64,000 nt of DNA from a bacterium (GTDB taxonomy: Bacteria; UBA8248): NCBI GenBank assembly GCA_963692865.2, contig OY843592.1, positions 288,001-352,000 on the forward strand. Reading direction: 5' to 3'. Both the position numbers and the translations under genes were made by a program. This document shows, piece by piece, positions 21,100-31,118 of the stretch (the first letter of the stretch is position 1; the number at the start of each line of letters is the position of its first letter). The notes beneath the pieces are model-generated. The model was given only the letters and a program-made list of their open reading frames with translations, made no database searches and was not told the origin of the DNA.

Positions 21100-21427
21100 G
21101 ATGCTCTCCTCTCGTTGAGATGAAACGACCGCTCGAAATAAACCGACAGCCGACCACGACGCCATCCGGCGCAGGATCTACCCAGAATCTTCTTCCTGTC
21201 CTATTTCATTTTTTCGACTGGGATTGATCCTAAAACGAAAGACGATTTCCGTCAAACTTGACTTTCGCGCGCGGCGGTTTCGTGTGGAATCGCGGTTTTT
21301 CCAGAAGCCGGGCAGGCCGTTCATCCGATTGAAATCCATTCAACGCCCAATCTTGACCCGGCTGTGATAAAATGCCGCGAACGCGAAAAACGGATGATTC
21401 CCACCTCATCAGAAGGAAGCGCGAGAC

Positions 21428-22456
21428 ATGAAGCTAGGCGTATTGACGGGGGGCGGAGACTGCCCCGGGCTGAACGCGGTCATCCGCGCGGTGACGGCGT
21501 CGAATTTCCACCGGGGCAGCCACACGCTGGGTATCCGCCGGGGCTGGCGCGGCCTGGTGGACGGCGATTTCGTCGAGATTACGGGCCCGATGATCTCCGG
21601 CATCCTCGACAAGGGCGGCACCATCCTGGGTTCCTCGCGAACCAACCCCACCAAGGACCCGGCCATGCTCGAACGGCTCGAGGAGAACTGGCGCGCCTCG
21701 CGCATCGACGGCCTCGTCGCCATCGGGGGGGACGATACGCTGAGCGTCGCCGCCCGGCTGAGCAAGGAGGGCTACAACGTCATCAGCGTGCCCAAGACCA
21801 TCGACAACGACATCGGCCTCACGGACTACTCCTTCGGCTTCCACACCGCCGTCGGCGTCATCACCGACGCCATCGACCGCCTGCGCACGACGGCGGAGGC
21901 GCACGACCGCGTCATCATCCTGGAAGTCATGGGGCGCCACTCGGGCTGGCTCGCCACCTACGCGGGCATCGCCGGAGGCGCCGACCTCATCCTCGTGCCG
22001 GAGCGGCCCTTCGACATCGAAGAGGTCGTCGAGGTGCTCAAGGCGCGTTTCGCGCGCGGACGCAACTTCGCCAACGTGGTCGTGGCCGAGGGCGCGAAGC
22101 CCGAGGGCATCGAGAACTACATCACGCGCAGCCAGGAGGTGGACGACTTCGGGCACGTGCAGTTGGGCGGCGTCGGCGAATACCTCGCCAAGGAAGTCGG
22201 AGACCGGATGAGCGTGGACACGCGCGCCGTCATCCTCGGGCACATCCAGCGCGGCGGCTCTCCCGTGCCCTACGACCGCGTGCTGGCGACGCGCCTGGGC
22301 GTGCGGGCGAGCGAACTCGCCCACGAGGGGACCTGGGGCGTCATGGCCGCGCTGCAGGGGCGCGACATCAACCCGGTGCCGCTCGAAGACGTTCTCGGAC
22401 GGGTGAACACCCTGCGGGAGGACTTCTTCGACGCGGCGGAGCTCTTCTTCGGGTAG
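21428..22456 (+). CDS. pfkA: 6-phosphofructokinase, PfkA family, probably PPi-dependent
   Basis: GGGDCPGLN, GGTILGSSR, GGDD, PKTIDND, EVMGR. Confidence 0.92.
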   Translation: MKLGVLTGGGDCPGLNAVIRAVTASNFHRGSHTLGIRRGWRGLVDGDFVEITGPMISGILDKGGTILGSSRTNPTKDPAMLERLEENWRASRIDGLVAIGGDDTLSVAARLSKEGYNVISVPKTIDNDIGLTDYSFGFHTAVGVITDAIDRLRTTAEAHDRVIILEVMGRHSGWLATYAGIAGGADLILVPERPFDIEEVVEVLKARFARGRNFANVVVAEGAKPEGIENYITRSQEVDDFGHVQLGGVGEYLAKEVGDRMSVDTRAVILGHIQRGGSPVPYDRVLATRLGVRASELAHEGTWGVMAALQGRDINPVPLEDVLGRVNTLREDFFDAAELFFG

Positions 22457-22675
22457 CCCTCCGGCGTTCCCCGTGGAACGAACCCCGCATCTCCCCGCAT
22501 TTGCGCGCATTTGCCGTCGCGGCGTTCCGCCGAAAACCCCTATACTCGCCAGAGTCCCGAACGCGGGGCGCGGTGCGCCCGCTTCGGGGGGTCGGGCCGG
22601 GAAAACAATTTATCGAAAAACCCCGTGAATTTATCCAATTTTATACATATTTTCAGGAATTCGGCGGCGAAGGAG

Positions 22676-23029
22676 CGCCCGGAGCGGGCGGGGGCAAGCG
22701 TCCGCCAACGGCGGGCGGGACGGCGGTTTTGCAGGGGCCGCTCGTGAGCGGCCCGCGTTCGCGAACGGCGGGGGGCCGTTGGAAAAGTCCTCGCCGGAAC
22801 CACCCCCCCCCTACCCCCCCTTGTCGGGACTGTTGAAAAAGCCTCGCTTCGCTTGGGATTGACCTTCGCCTTTGCTCGTCATTCCGGCGAAAGCCGGAAT
22901 GACGGCGTGTAATCTCGATTGTAGGGGCCGCATATCATGCGGCCCAGCCTTTTCGCCTTCACAATGTGGGTCGCATGATATGCGACCCCTACAAACAAAT
23001 CGTCTCTCTTCGGCTTTTTCAACAACCCC
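22676..23029. repeat. Left direct repeat of the RM island (contains MITE-like element 22826-23029)
   Basis: Near-identical to 31119-31578 but lacks ~100 bp between two ccggaat motifs. Confidence 0.88.
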
Positions 23030-23146
23030 ATGGATGCGGCGCGCGCCGGATGAAGGGCGAAAACCCCTGCTCTCCTCGCCCTTCGATACGCCGCCTTCGG
23101 CGGCTGCTCAGGGTGAAGTCGGTGCGCCCGGTTCAGCCCGGCGCCC

Positions 23147-25948
23147 TCAGACCCGGAACACCTTCATCACCTCATCGCCCAGGTGGTTGATGACCTTCAC
23201 CGCGATGCGGCCGGATTCGGGCCGGTCGAAGGGGCGGGACGCGTCGCTGTGGAGCGTCTCCCAGGCCTCCTGGTCGATCTCGGCCTTGAGCGTCGTCCTG
23301 AGCGACTTGTAGGGGTCGTTCGCCCCCAGGAAATAGGCGTGGCGGACGAAGAAGCTCTCCTCGTTGTAGTCGGTGTCGATGAACCAGCAGGCGATGCCCT
23401 CGGGGCCGTCGCTGCGCACCTCGCCGGTGTTGGGGTGGAAAACGTCCACGCCGCGTATCTTCACTTGAAACTGCTCGGTGTGGATGCCGCCGATTTCGAC
23501 CGGGATGACCTCGATGTCCGGCTCGCCGAAGATGACGAAGAGGTTCCCCTTCCCGGTGTTCTTGAGGTCGTCCGCCATGTGGAGGTCGGCGTTCATGCGC
23601 GCCTTGAGCACGGGGACGCGCCCGATCCTCTCGAACTCAGAAGCATGGGCGTCGTAGCTGAAGGCGCAGGCGATGAGCGCGTCGAAGCCTGCGTCGGCGG
23701 CCTCGCGCGCGGCAGCGACCAGGTCGGGCCGCGAGACCGTGCCGAACTCGGGGCCGATGAACACCGCGGCGCGCCGCTCGCTCCCGTTCCCGTCCCCGCC
23801 CTCGGCGTACCGCCCCTCGGCGCAGACGTATTCGCCCGGCCAGCGCGCCAGCGAGGAGAAGGATATCCTGTCCTCCTTGTGCGCCTGCTGGACGCCGGCC
23901 GTCTTGAGGTTCTCCAGAATCATCTCGGCGAAATCCGCCGCCTCGCCGTAGCCGAGCCTGGCCCCGGCGGCGTTGTCGATGAGCTCGTCGTTCTCGTCCA
24001 CGCCGAGCACGCGGTGCGGCGAGAGGCTCTCGACCGTGAAGGGGCCCGCCACGCGCACCTTGTTCTTTTCCTGGTAGGGCTTGTCGTAGAGATATTCGTA
24101 ATCCGCCTTCGCGGCGATGGAGGCGTCGATTTCCTTCTGGCGGGCGATTCGCGCCTCCCACCAGCGGGCGTGGAGGCTCCTCGCCTCCTCCGGCCATCCT
24201 TCCTCCGGGTCGCGCGGAATCTCCCACTCCTCCCATGCCGCGCCGAGGGCCGCGTTCAATTCCTTTCGCAACGGCTCCAGCTTTTCTTGAAATTTCTCCC
24301 AGATAACGTCGATTTCGGCGTTGTTGGCGATAGATTTGAGCGTAATATGCGGCACGCGCTCATACACGAAGCCCTGGCGGATGTCGCCGTAAGCGGGAGC
24401 GTCGGAGGGGATTTTGCGGGCGATTTCGGCTTCCTTCTTCTGCCCCTCTCGGCTGTCGGCCAGCAGATACCAGGGATAGCGCGCGCCCATGATCCGCGCG
24501 CGGGCGAGCGCAAGGGCGACGCGGGAGGTGTCGATGGTGATCCAGCGGCGGCCCCACTGCTCGGCGACGTAGGCCGTGGTGCCGGAACCGCAGGTGGGGT
24601 CGAGGACGAGGTCGCCGGGGTCGGTGATCATGAGGATGCAGCGTTGGACGATGCCTCTGTTTGTCTGGACAACATAGATTGGGGCTGTTTCACCGTGAAA
24701 GTTCCATATATTATTGATTGGTTGTTGTCCAAAATCACTCAAATATACCACGCCACGAACCGTATTCGTCGTTGGTCTAAGGCGGTTTGCTCGTTCTAAT
24801 CGTTTCATTCCATCGATTGGGTCAAGTGTCCAGTGCCGATTTCTTCCAGGATATTTTTTCTGACCTTGCAAAAAATACGGTTGCACACGACCCTCTTGCG
24901 GATCCTGACTAACCATTGGGTAGTCATCGTTCAAAAATCGATTCTCTGGATCGCGTATTTCCTCATCTGTGGCCTCGTTTACAGGCACTCTCGTAAGATT
25001 GGTTTTCTCAATTTTCTTGAAGCGGTTCTTTTCGGAGGTTGGGTCTTTGGGTTCCACGACAGGTCTAATCTTCAAAACGTCCCGATTCTTACATGCCCAA
25101 AGTATAAAATCGTTCACTGGTTCTGTTATTACCGAAACCGACTTTTTCTTTACAACAATGCTTTGGACAAAATTATCCACCCCGAATACTTCATCCATCA
25201 CAGCCCGCACTCGATGCACGTTCTCATCTCCAATCTGAATGAAGATACTCCCGCTCTCTGTCAGCAGATCACGCGCCGCGGTCAGCCTGTCTCGCAGATA
25301 AGTGAGGTAGGAGTGAATCCCGTCCCGCCAGGTATCGCGGAAGGCCTTCACCTGCTCGGGTTCCCGGGTGATGTGGGCCGCGTTGCCGTCCGTGACGTTC
25401 CGGCTGGTCGTCGACCACTGGAAGTTGGAGTTGAACCTGATGCCGTATGGCGGGTCGATGTAGATGCACTGCACCTTGCCGCGCAGCCCCTCGCGCTCGG
25501 CGAGGCTCGCCATGACCTGCAGCGAGTCGCCGAGGATCATGCGGTTGCTCCAGTTCACGTCGTGCTTGTAGAACTCCGCGCCGTCCGCGCCCTCGGACAC
25601 GCCGCCAAAATCCGCGAACAGATCCAGCATCGAGCCGACCGCGTGGCGCTCCTTGTCCTTCGTCCGCCGCGCCAGATCGTCAATCAAGACCTTGGGATGC
25701 ACCTTCTCCTGGATGAACAGCGGCGGCGCCTGCACGACCAGATCGGCCCAGCCCCGCTCGTCCTTGCCCCGCCAGACGAGTTGGGGGTCCAGGTCCCGGT
25801 TTCTGCGCTCATACGCGATCTCGATGGGGTTCTTGTCGTCCTCGGCCATCACGGCCTGGTATTCGGCGGTGGGGACGTTCCGCCGCTTGTCCTGATGTCG
25901 ATGGGTATCGACCTCTTTGGGTTTTCGGTGGGATTTTTGTTTCGTCAT
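23147..25948 (-). CDS. mod: Type III-like RM site-specific DNA methyltransferase
   Basis: YIDPPY catalytic motif, VLDPTCGSGTT SAM motif, AT-rich central TRD. Confidence 0.9.
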   Translation of the reverse strand: MTKQKSHRKPKEVDTHRHQDKRRNVPTAEYQAVMAEDDKNPIEIAYERRNRDLDPQLVWRGKDERGWADLVVQAPPLFIQEKVHPKVLIDDLARRTKDKERHAVGSMLDLFADFGGVSEGADGAEFYKHDVNWSNRMILGDSLQVMASLAEREGLRGKVQCIYIDPPYGIRFNSNFQWSTTSRNVTDGNAAHITREPEQVKAFRDTWRDGIHSYLTYLRDRLTAARDLLTESGSIFIQIGDENVHRVRAVMDEVFGVDNFVQSIVVKKKSVSVITEPVNDFILWACKNRDVLKIRPVVEPKDPTSEKNRFKKIEKTNLTRVPVNEATDEEIRDPENRFLNDDYPMVSQDPQEGRVQPYFLQGQKKYPGRNRHWTLDPIDGMKRLERANRLRPTTNTVRGVVYLSDFGQQPINNIWNFHGETAPIYVVQTNRGIVQRCILMITDPGDLVLDPTCGSGTTAYVAEQWGRRWITIDTSRVALALARARIMGARYPWYLLADSREGQKKEAEIARKIPSDAPAYGDIRQGFVYERVPHITLKSIANNAEIDVIWEKFQEKLEPLRKELNAALGAAWEEWEIPRDPEEGWPEEARSLHARWWEARIARQKEIDASIAAKADYEYLYDKPYQEKNKVRVAGPFTVESLSPHRVLGVDENDELIDNAAGARLGYGEAADFAEMILENLKTAGVQQAHKEDRISFSSLARWPGEYVCAEGRYAEGGDGNGSERRAAVFIGPEFGTVSRPDLVAAAREAADAGFDALIACAFSYDAHASEFERIGRVPVLKARMNADLHMADDLKNTGKGNLFVIFGEPDIEVIPVEIGGIHTEQFQVKIRGVDVFHPNTGEVRSDGPEGIACWFIDTDYNEESFFVRHAYFLGANDPYKSLRTTLKAEIDQEAWETLHSDASRPFDRPESGRIAVKVINHLGDEVMKVFRV

Positions 25949-25973
25949 TTATGCGTCCATCGGTTGCGGGTTA

Positions 25974-26753
25974 TCACGCGACGCGCTGCACAAGTTTCCG
26001 GTTGAGATCCTCGTGCGATTCCAGAGACGATATCATGTCGCCGCCGACATCCGAGAGCCGCGCAAGATCCATCCGAGGAATCTCGGCCTGATCTTCGAAC
26101 ACGAGTATCGACTCGAATCTGAGTTCGTGCCGATGGAAGTGGGACAGCATGACTGTCGTCAGCCTCGCCTTGTCCCGGTTCGGTACGCCGTAGAGGAAGA
26201 GCGGCACGCCGCTTTTGGCCTCGATCCGGTAATCGACGAGATAAGCCTGGGCGTTGGGGACTTCCGGTCGATAGTCCGGCTGGATGCGGCTCTCGTCCAC
26301 CAGGCGAGAGAGGAGTTCGGCGAGGTCATCGTAGAACACGGAGCCGACGCGCGAGCGGGACAGCAGCGTCAGGTCGTGGATTCGGGTCAGCGCCTGTCCA
26401 AAATGGAAGATGGCCTCCGGCAACCGTTCGAAAGTAGTGTCGAAATAAAAAGCGCCGCCGTCCCACTCGAGCCCGCTTTCGGCCATGATGCGTTCCAGAA
26501 GCATTCCCCGGGTACCGTCCATAAAGGAATCGATATCGTGCTCGTAGCTGATGTGCATGAGCGTATGGCCACGGTCCGACAGCCGAAGTCCGCCCGGCGT
26601 CGCATCGGAAAGGTGGATTGGGTAGTGGTCTCCGTCAGGAAATCTAAAATGCGTCCGCAGCATCAGCGCGCCGTCAGGGCGCCCCTCGATCTTTACGTCT
26701 TCGCAGAGGCGCTTGCATAAGAGGCTGCGTAGCGAGTCAAGATTCAAGGTCAT
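25974..26753 (-). CDS. DUF1828-like protein
   Basis: THFRFPDGDHYPIHL...LRLSDRGHTL; C-terminal YLVDYRI nuclease-like segment. Confidence 0.65.
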   Translation of the reverse strand: MTLNLDSLRSLLCKRLCEDVKIEGRPDGALMLRTHFRFPDGDHYPIHLSDATPGGLRLSDRGHTLMHISYEHDIDSFMDGTRGMLLERIMAESGLEWDGGAFYFDTTFERLPEAIFHFGQALTRIHDLTLLSRSRVGSVFYDDLAELLSRLVDESRIQPDYRPEVPNAQAYLVDYRIEAKSGVPLFLYGVPNRDKARLTTVMLSHFHRHELRFESILVFEDQAEIPRMDLARLSDVGGDMISSLESHEDLNRKLVQRVA

Positions 26754-27232
26754 GAGAATAGCCCCGGATGATCGGGTTGGGCCGCAAGGCCGCTGAGATG
26801 AAAGTCATCGATCAGACACGCCAAAGCGCCTTCGAGTGTTTCAAATCGCCCGGTTTCCTCCGCTTCCGATTCGGGTTTCCTGTTCGCCGCGATCGCAATC
26901 TCCGCAGCGCGATGGATATGCGGACGGTAAATGATGTCCCGGTGCACGTGGCTCGGCCCGTTGTAGCGCGCCAACGTCAGAGACGGGCCGCCGGGCGGCA
27001 GATAGATGATTCCGCAGGAAAAATCATACTCATCGACAAGGTTTTGACGTTGATAGACGGAGAAGCGCGTCTCCGTATCTTGCCGTCCGCGCGCATGAAA
27101 ACCGCGCTGGCGATGTGTGGGTTTCACCTTGGGCTTATCCGACCAGCGGGCTTTGGGGTTGGTCACCCGTTTGGGCATCGCCCGGAGTTCATCGAGTTCC
27201 ATATTGGTATAGAGCCGCGTATTCATCCGCAT
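26750..27232 (-). CDS. Hypothetical protein coupled to the DUF1828-like gene
   Basis: FSCGI...LARYNGPSHVH...PHIHRA; 4-bp overlap with the next gene. Confidence 0.7.
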   Translation of the reverse strand: MRMNTRLYTNMELDELRAMPKRVTNPKARWSDKPKVKPTHRQRGFHARGRQDTETRFSVYQRQNLVDEYDFSCGIIYLPPGGPSLTLARYNGPSHVHRDIIYRPHIHRAAEIAIAANRKPESEAEETGRFETLEGALACLIDDFHLSGLAAQPDHPGLFS

Positions 27233-27279
27233 CCCGTGTCCTGAACGTAGAGGCGCCGGTCGCGCCCGGCCTCAGACAC
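27223..27279 (-). pseudogene. 5' remnant of a HEPN/DUF86 (HepT-like) toxin
   Basis: GTG overlaps the MNT stop; MSEAGRDRRLYVQD resembles the DUF86 N-terminus, then stops after 18 aa. Confidence 0.6.
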
Positions 27280-27619
27280 GGACGGCCTCCTTCTCCACGT
27301 AAGGGCGTATCTCGACCCGCACCATCTTGTCCGTCGCCAGATCGACGGGACGGCCCAGCAGATCCTCGATGTAGAACTGCGCGCCGAAGTATCCCTTCGA
27401 CGTCGCCCGTCCCTCGAAGCGCACCAGGACGTCGAGGTCGCTTTCCTCCCCCGCCTCGTCACGGGCGAAGGAGCCGAAAATGGCGAGTTCGGCGACGCCG
27501 AAGCGCTCCGCGAGTATCCCTTTGTGCGCCCGGAGAATCTTCAGGATTTCGTCGCGCTTCGTCGGGGCGTCCGTGGACTCGATAAAAAGAGTCCTGTGGT
27601 TTTTGCGTTTTTGCTTCAT
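27272..27619 (-). CDS. Minimal nucleotidyltransferase (MNT/MntA-like antitoxin)
   Basis: IFGSFARDEAGEESDLDVLV...LLGRPVDL. Confidence 0.88.
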   Translation of the reverse strand: MKQKRKNHRTLFIESTDAPTKRDEILKILRAHKGILAERFGVAELAIFGSFARDEAGEESDLDVLVRFEGRATSKGYFGAQFYIEDLLGRPVDLATDKMVRVEIRPYVEKEAVRV

Positions 27620-27621
27620 GG

Positions 27622-27837
27622 TCAACCGGCCCTGAACGAGCGCAGCGGCAGGGCTTCGGTCTCCAGCGTGGAAAGATCGAGACGCCGCGACGCATGGTCG
27701 ATGTCGAAACCAATCACGCCGCCGCCTGCGTCGAGGTCGACGTTCAGTCCGTCTGAAACCTCGCGCGTCTCCGCGCCTGATCCGGACTTGAACTCGATAT
27801 ACAGGCTGTCGGTGTCAGGATAATAGTGCAGCTTCAT
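27622..27837 (-). CDS. DUF2283 domain protein
   Basis: MKLHYYPDTDSLYIEF...VDLDAGGGVIGFDI. Confidence 0.85.
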   Translation of the reverse strand: MKLHYYPDTDSLYIEFKSGSGAETREVSDGLNVDLDAGGGVIGFDIDHASRRLDLSTLETEALPLRSFRAG

Positions 27838-27894
27838 GATCCATCCCTTCCGAATCTCCGGTCGCGGCAGATGGTTGCGCGTTCCCATACTTCA

Positions 27895-30800
27895 TCACAT
27901 GTTATCGTATTCTACAAGAAAACCGTCCACAAGTTCGTTGAACGCGGTCTCTATCTCGTAATAGTCGGTGAACTCGGCGAACGCCCAGCGCCCGAACCCG
28001 CCGCGCAGGTTCACTCCCGGAATCCAGTACGTGTCCATCGTCTCCTTCTTGACCTTCGCGTCTTCTCCCCGGTAGCCCTTTATCTCGACGATGAGTCGCA
28101 GCGGGTCGTCCTCCCCGCGGCCGTCGTCCACCAGCACGATGAAATCGGGGATATACGTCCGGGGGATGGCGCCGTAGCGGTAGGGAACCTCAAGCCCCAG
28201 CCCCTGGTTCTTGACGTACGCTCTTACGCGGGGGTGCGCTTCGGCGACGCGGCAGAACTCCGCCTCCCAGTCGCTGTCGCAGGCGACCCAATTGACGTGG
28301 CAGCGATTCGATGCGGTTTTATAAAGCGTCTTCTTGGTGGTGGCGAAATGGACGTGACGCGTCGAGCCGACGGGATTGTAGGGGTCGAGTACGGCCTTGA
28401 CGGGGCTTGCGCCACTTTCCGCGCGCGTGATGGCGGCGGCGATGCGTTCGCACGCCATGTCGGCAAGCTCCCGGTGCATGAGCTGGGCGGGGTATGTACT
28501 ACCCTTGCAGACGAGATGCGCCTCCAGCCACTCGCGCGTAATGCGCTTGAGTTGACCGAAAAGGTGGAGTTTCGGCTCTTCTCCGGCGTCGCGCCACTTG
28601 GTGTAGAGCAGATGCTGTGTCAAATGAAACAGGAGGGTCGAGCGCCGCAATTCGTCGGTATGAACCAGATTGAGGTCCACCCCCTCGCCGATGATGCCCT
28701 CGTTCCGGGTGATGGACGGGCCGGTGAGGCCGGGCGTGAGCTCCAGCGTCGAATCGGCGTCGAACTCGGCCCGCAGGCGCTCCTCGGGCAACTCGACGCG
28801 GTAGCCGGCCACGCGCGGGAAGCGGATTTCGCAGGCGTCGCGCTCGGGCGTCATCGCCTTGACCTGCGCCACCTTGCGCGGCGGCGCCGGTTTCGCAACG
28901 ACCGGCTTCGCCGTGAAGTCGAAAGGGATGCCCAATACGTCCGCGTACTCCACGTCGAACAGGCCCTCTTCGTTCACGTCGTAGGACTGCCGCCGCAGCG
29001 CACGCCCGACCACCTGCTCGCAGAGGAGTTGCGTGCCGAAGGCGCGCACGCCGAGGATGTGGGTTACCGTGTTCGCGTCCCACCCTTCGGTGAGCATGGA
29101 CACCGACACCACGCACCGGATCGAACCTCCCAGCGAACCGGGTTTTCCCACGGTGTTCATGACCTCGCGCAGCAGGTCCTGATCGCTCATATTCTCGGCC
29201 TGCCTGCGGTCGCCCGTGCGCTGGACGATCTCGCGGCGGAAGCGCTCGATCTCGTCCGCCGCCATCGCGCGGAAGTTCCTGTCGAGCGCCTGGCCGGATT
29301 CGAGTTGCTCGCTGTCGATCAAGAGCGTGCGCGGGCGGGCGAGGGCGGCTCCATGCTCGTCGAAGTTTCGGAACAATTCGAGGCGGCCGTTTTCCAGCGT
29401 CGTTGCGCCGTCGGGGTTATCGCGCAGGAAGCCGGAGATGTAGTCGTAGACCAGCTTCGAGGTCGAGGTGTTGTTGCAGACGACGATGAAGCACGGCGGC
29501 ACCTCGATTTGCGCCTCTCGCCACAACGCGAATATCTTTTCGTAATGACCGTAGAGGGCTTCCAGCGCCACCTGGAGCTTGAGAGGGATCGCCAGCGGAT
29601 CGAGGCCCGACGCCTTGCCGCGGCCCTTCTTCGGCATCTCCTTGCCGATGTGCTCCCACAGGTTGCGGAACGTCGGCATATCGCCGCCGGGGATGTTGTC
29701 CGCCACCGGCACGCGGGGCAGCTTGACGATACCGCACTCGATGGCGTCCATGAGCGAGAAATCGCACGTCGTCCAAGGGAACAGCGTCCCTTCCGCGTAG
29801 CCGGAGCCGCGCAGGAAGAACGGCGTGGCCGAGAGGTCGACCACCCGGCTCAGGCCGAGCTTGTCCTCTACTATCTCCAGCCCGGATATCCAGAGGCGGG
29901 CCGCTTCGCGGTTCTTTTCCGCCTCCTTGCGGTCGTCGCCCGTCAGGACGCCTTCGTCGCCCTCGCCCGGTTTCTCGCGGTAGCAGTGGTGCGCCTCGTC
30001 GTTCAGCGCCATGACGTTCTTCATGCTCATGAGCTCGGGCATCACCCGCTGGAGCATCTGCCCTTCGGTCTCGACCGAGCGCAGTTCGGGGCCTCTGCCC
30101 TGGAGGAGGGCGCGGCCCCCCTTCGAGACCTCCATCGTCTCCCGGAGCTTGAAGGCGTGGAAGTTGGTGATGACGATCTTCGCCCGGTCGAGGTCGCGCA
30201 GCATGTCGCCCGGAACCAGTTCCCGGCTCCGGTAGTAGCTGTGCGGGTCGTTGGGCTGGAGCACGCGGAGGCGGTCCCGAATCGTCAGGCCGGGGGTTAC
30301 GACGAGGAAACCGCGCGTGAAGCTGCGGCTGTTCGGGCGGCGGACCGCGTTTATCGTTTGCCACGCGATCAGCATGGCCATGACGGTGGTCTTGCCCGCG
30401 CCGGTGGCGAGCTTGACCGCCAACCGCGACAGCTTGGGGTTGGCGTCTTTGTTTGCGTCCGCCAGGTGGTCGAGGAATCCCTTTCCGGTCCGGCCCGCCT
30501 GGGGCGCGACTTCCGTCAGCCAGATCACGGTCTCGGCCGCTTCGATCTGGCAGAAGAAAGGCCGGAAACCGCCGAACTTGTGATGCCGCCAATGCTTGAG
30601 CAGCCGGGCCGTCTCGGGCGTCACCCGCCACTGCGTTTCCGGCAGCGCCCTCCATTCATCGACGGCGCGGCGAATGCTGTTGATGGTCTGTATCAATTCG
30701 TATTGCTGGCTCTCGGTTTCAAGACGGCTCGCGTCCTCATCGAACGCCAGTTCGCGCTGGGTTCGTTTTTGCTTCCTGGGTTCGGGGATCGGCGTGATGA

Positions 30801-30927
30801 ACGAAACGCGGCGACGGCGCTCGATTATCCTGTCCGTGGGCTGGCCGTCCTCGTCGAGTTCCCAGTGGCGGGAGGGGTACTCGTAGGGCGAGTTGATGAT
30901 GGGGCGTTCGAAGAAGCTGTCCGTCAT
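27895..30927 (-). CDS. res: Type III-like restriction endonuclease/helicase (BPTD_3080-type)
   Basis: LATGAGKT Walker A, DEAHH, MLTEGWDA, C-terminal PDFIV...VEIKG. Confidence 0.9.
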   Translation of the reverse strand: MTDSFFERPIINSPYEYPSRHWELDEDGQPTDRIIERRRRVSFITPIPEPRKQKRTQRELAFDEDASRLETESQQYELIQTINSIRRAVDEWRALPETQWRVTPETARLLKHWRHHKFGGFRPFFCQIEAAETVIWLTEVAPQAGRTGKGFLDHLADANKDANPKLSRLAVKLATGAGKTTVMAMLIAWQTINAVRRPNSRSFTRGFLVVTPGLTIRDRLRVLQPNDPHSYYRSRELVPGDMLRDLDRAKIVITNFHAFKLRETMEVSKGGRALLQGRGPELRSVETEGQMLQRVMPELMSMKNVMALNDEAHHCYREKPGEGDEGVLTGDDRKEAEKNREAARLWISGLEIVEDKLGLSRVVDLSATPFFLRGSGYAEGTLFPWTTCDFSLMDAIECGIVKLPRVPVADNIPGGDMPTFRNLWEHIGKEMPKKGRGKASGLDPLAIPLKLQVALEALYGHYEKIFALWREAQIEVPPCFIVVCNNTSTSKLVYDYISGFLRDNPDGATTLENGRLELFRNFDEHGAALARPRTLLIDSEQLESGQALDRNFRAMAADEIERFRREIVQRTGDRRQAENMSDQDLLREVMNTVGKPGSLGGSIRCVVSVSMLTEGWDANTVTHILGVRAFGTQLLCEQVVGRALRRQSYDVNEEGLFDVEYADVLGIPFDFTAKPVVAKPAPPRKVAQVKAMTPERDACEIRFPRVAGYRVELPEERLRAEFDADSTLELTPGLTGPSITRNEGIIGEGVDLNLVHTDELRRSTLLFHLTQHLLYTKWRDAGEEPKLHLFGQLKRITREWLEAHLVCKGSTYPAQLMHRELADMACERIAAAITRAESGASPVKAVLDPYNPVGSTRHVHFATTKKTLYKTASNRCHVNWVACDSDWEAEFCRVAEAHPRVRAYVKNQGLGLEVPYRYGAIPRTYIPDFIVLVDDGRGEDDPLRLIVEIKGYRGEDAKVKKETMDTYWIPGVNLRGGFGRWAFAEFTDYYEIETAFNELVDGFLVEYDNM

Positions 30928-31118
30928 TTCCGCAGTCTCCGGTATTCACTTCCAGAAATCATCGCAGCGCTCTTCATCGTCCGATGGATTCGTGAAGCCC
31001 AAGGAAAACGCCCCGAATCGTCGGTGAGCCGGAACAAGCAAGTCTCCGCAGTCTTATGCGTTCAGAAGATAGGGAGTTTGGGGCGCATGCGCAAGTAGTA
31101 CCGGGCGGCGCGGAGATA

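Noticed and set aside
22600-22660. AT-rich patch with DnaA-box-like 9-mers (ttatccaat, ttatacata)
   Set aside because: Mismatched boxes, short region and no dnaA/dnaN/rep context.
27826-31098. 1090-aa plus-strand ORF
   Set aside because: Antisense shadow of res; no motifs; expected in high-GC coding DNA.
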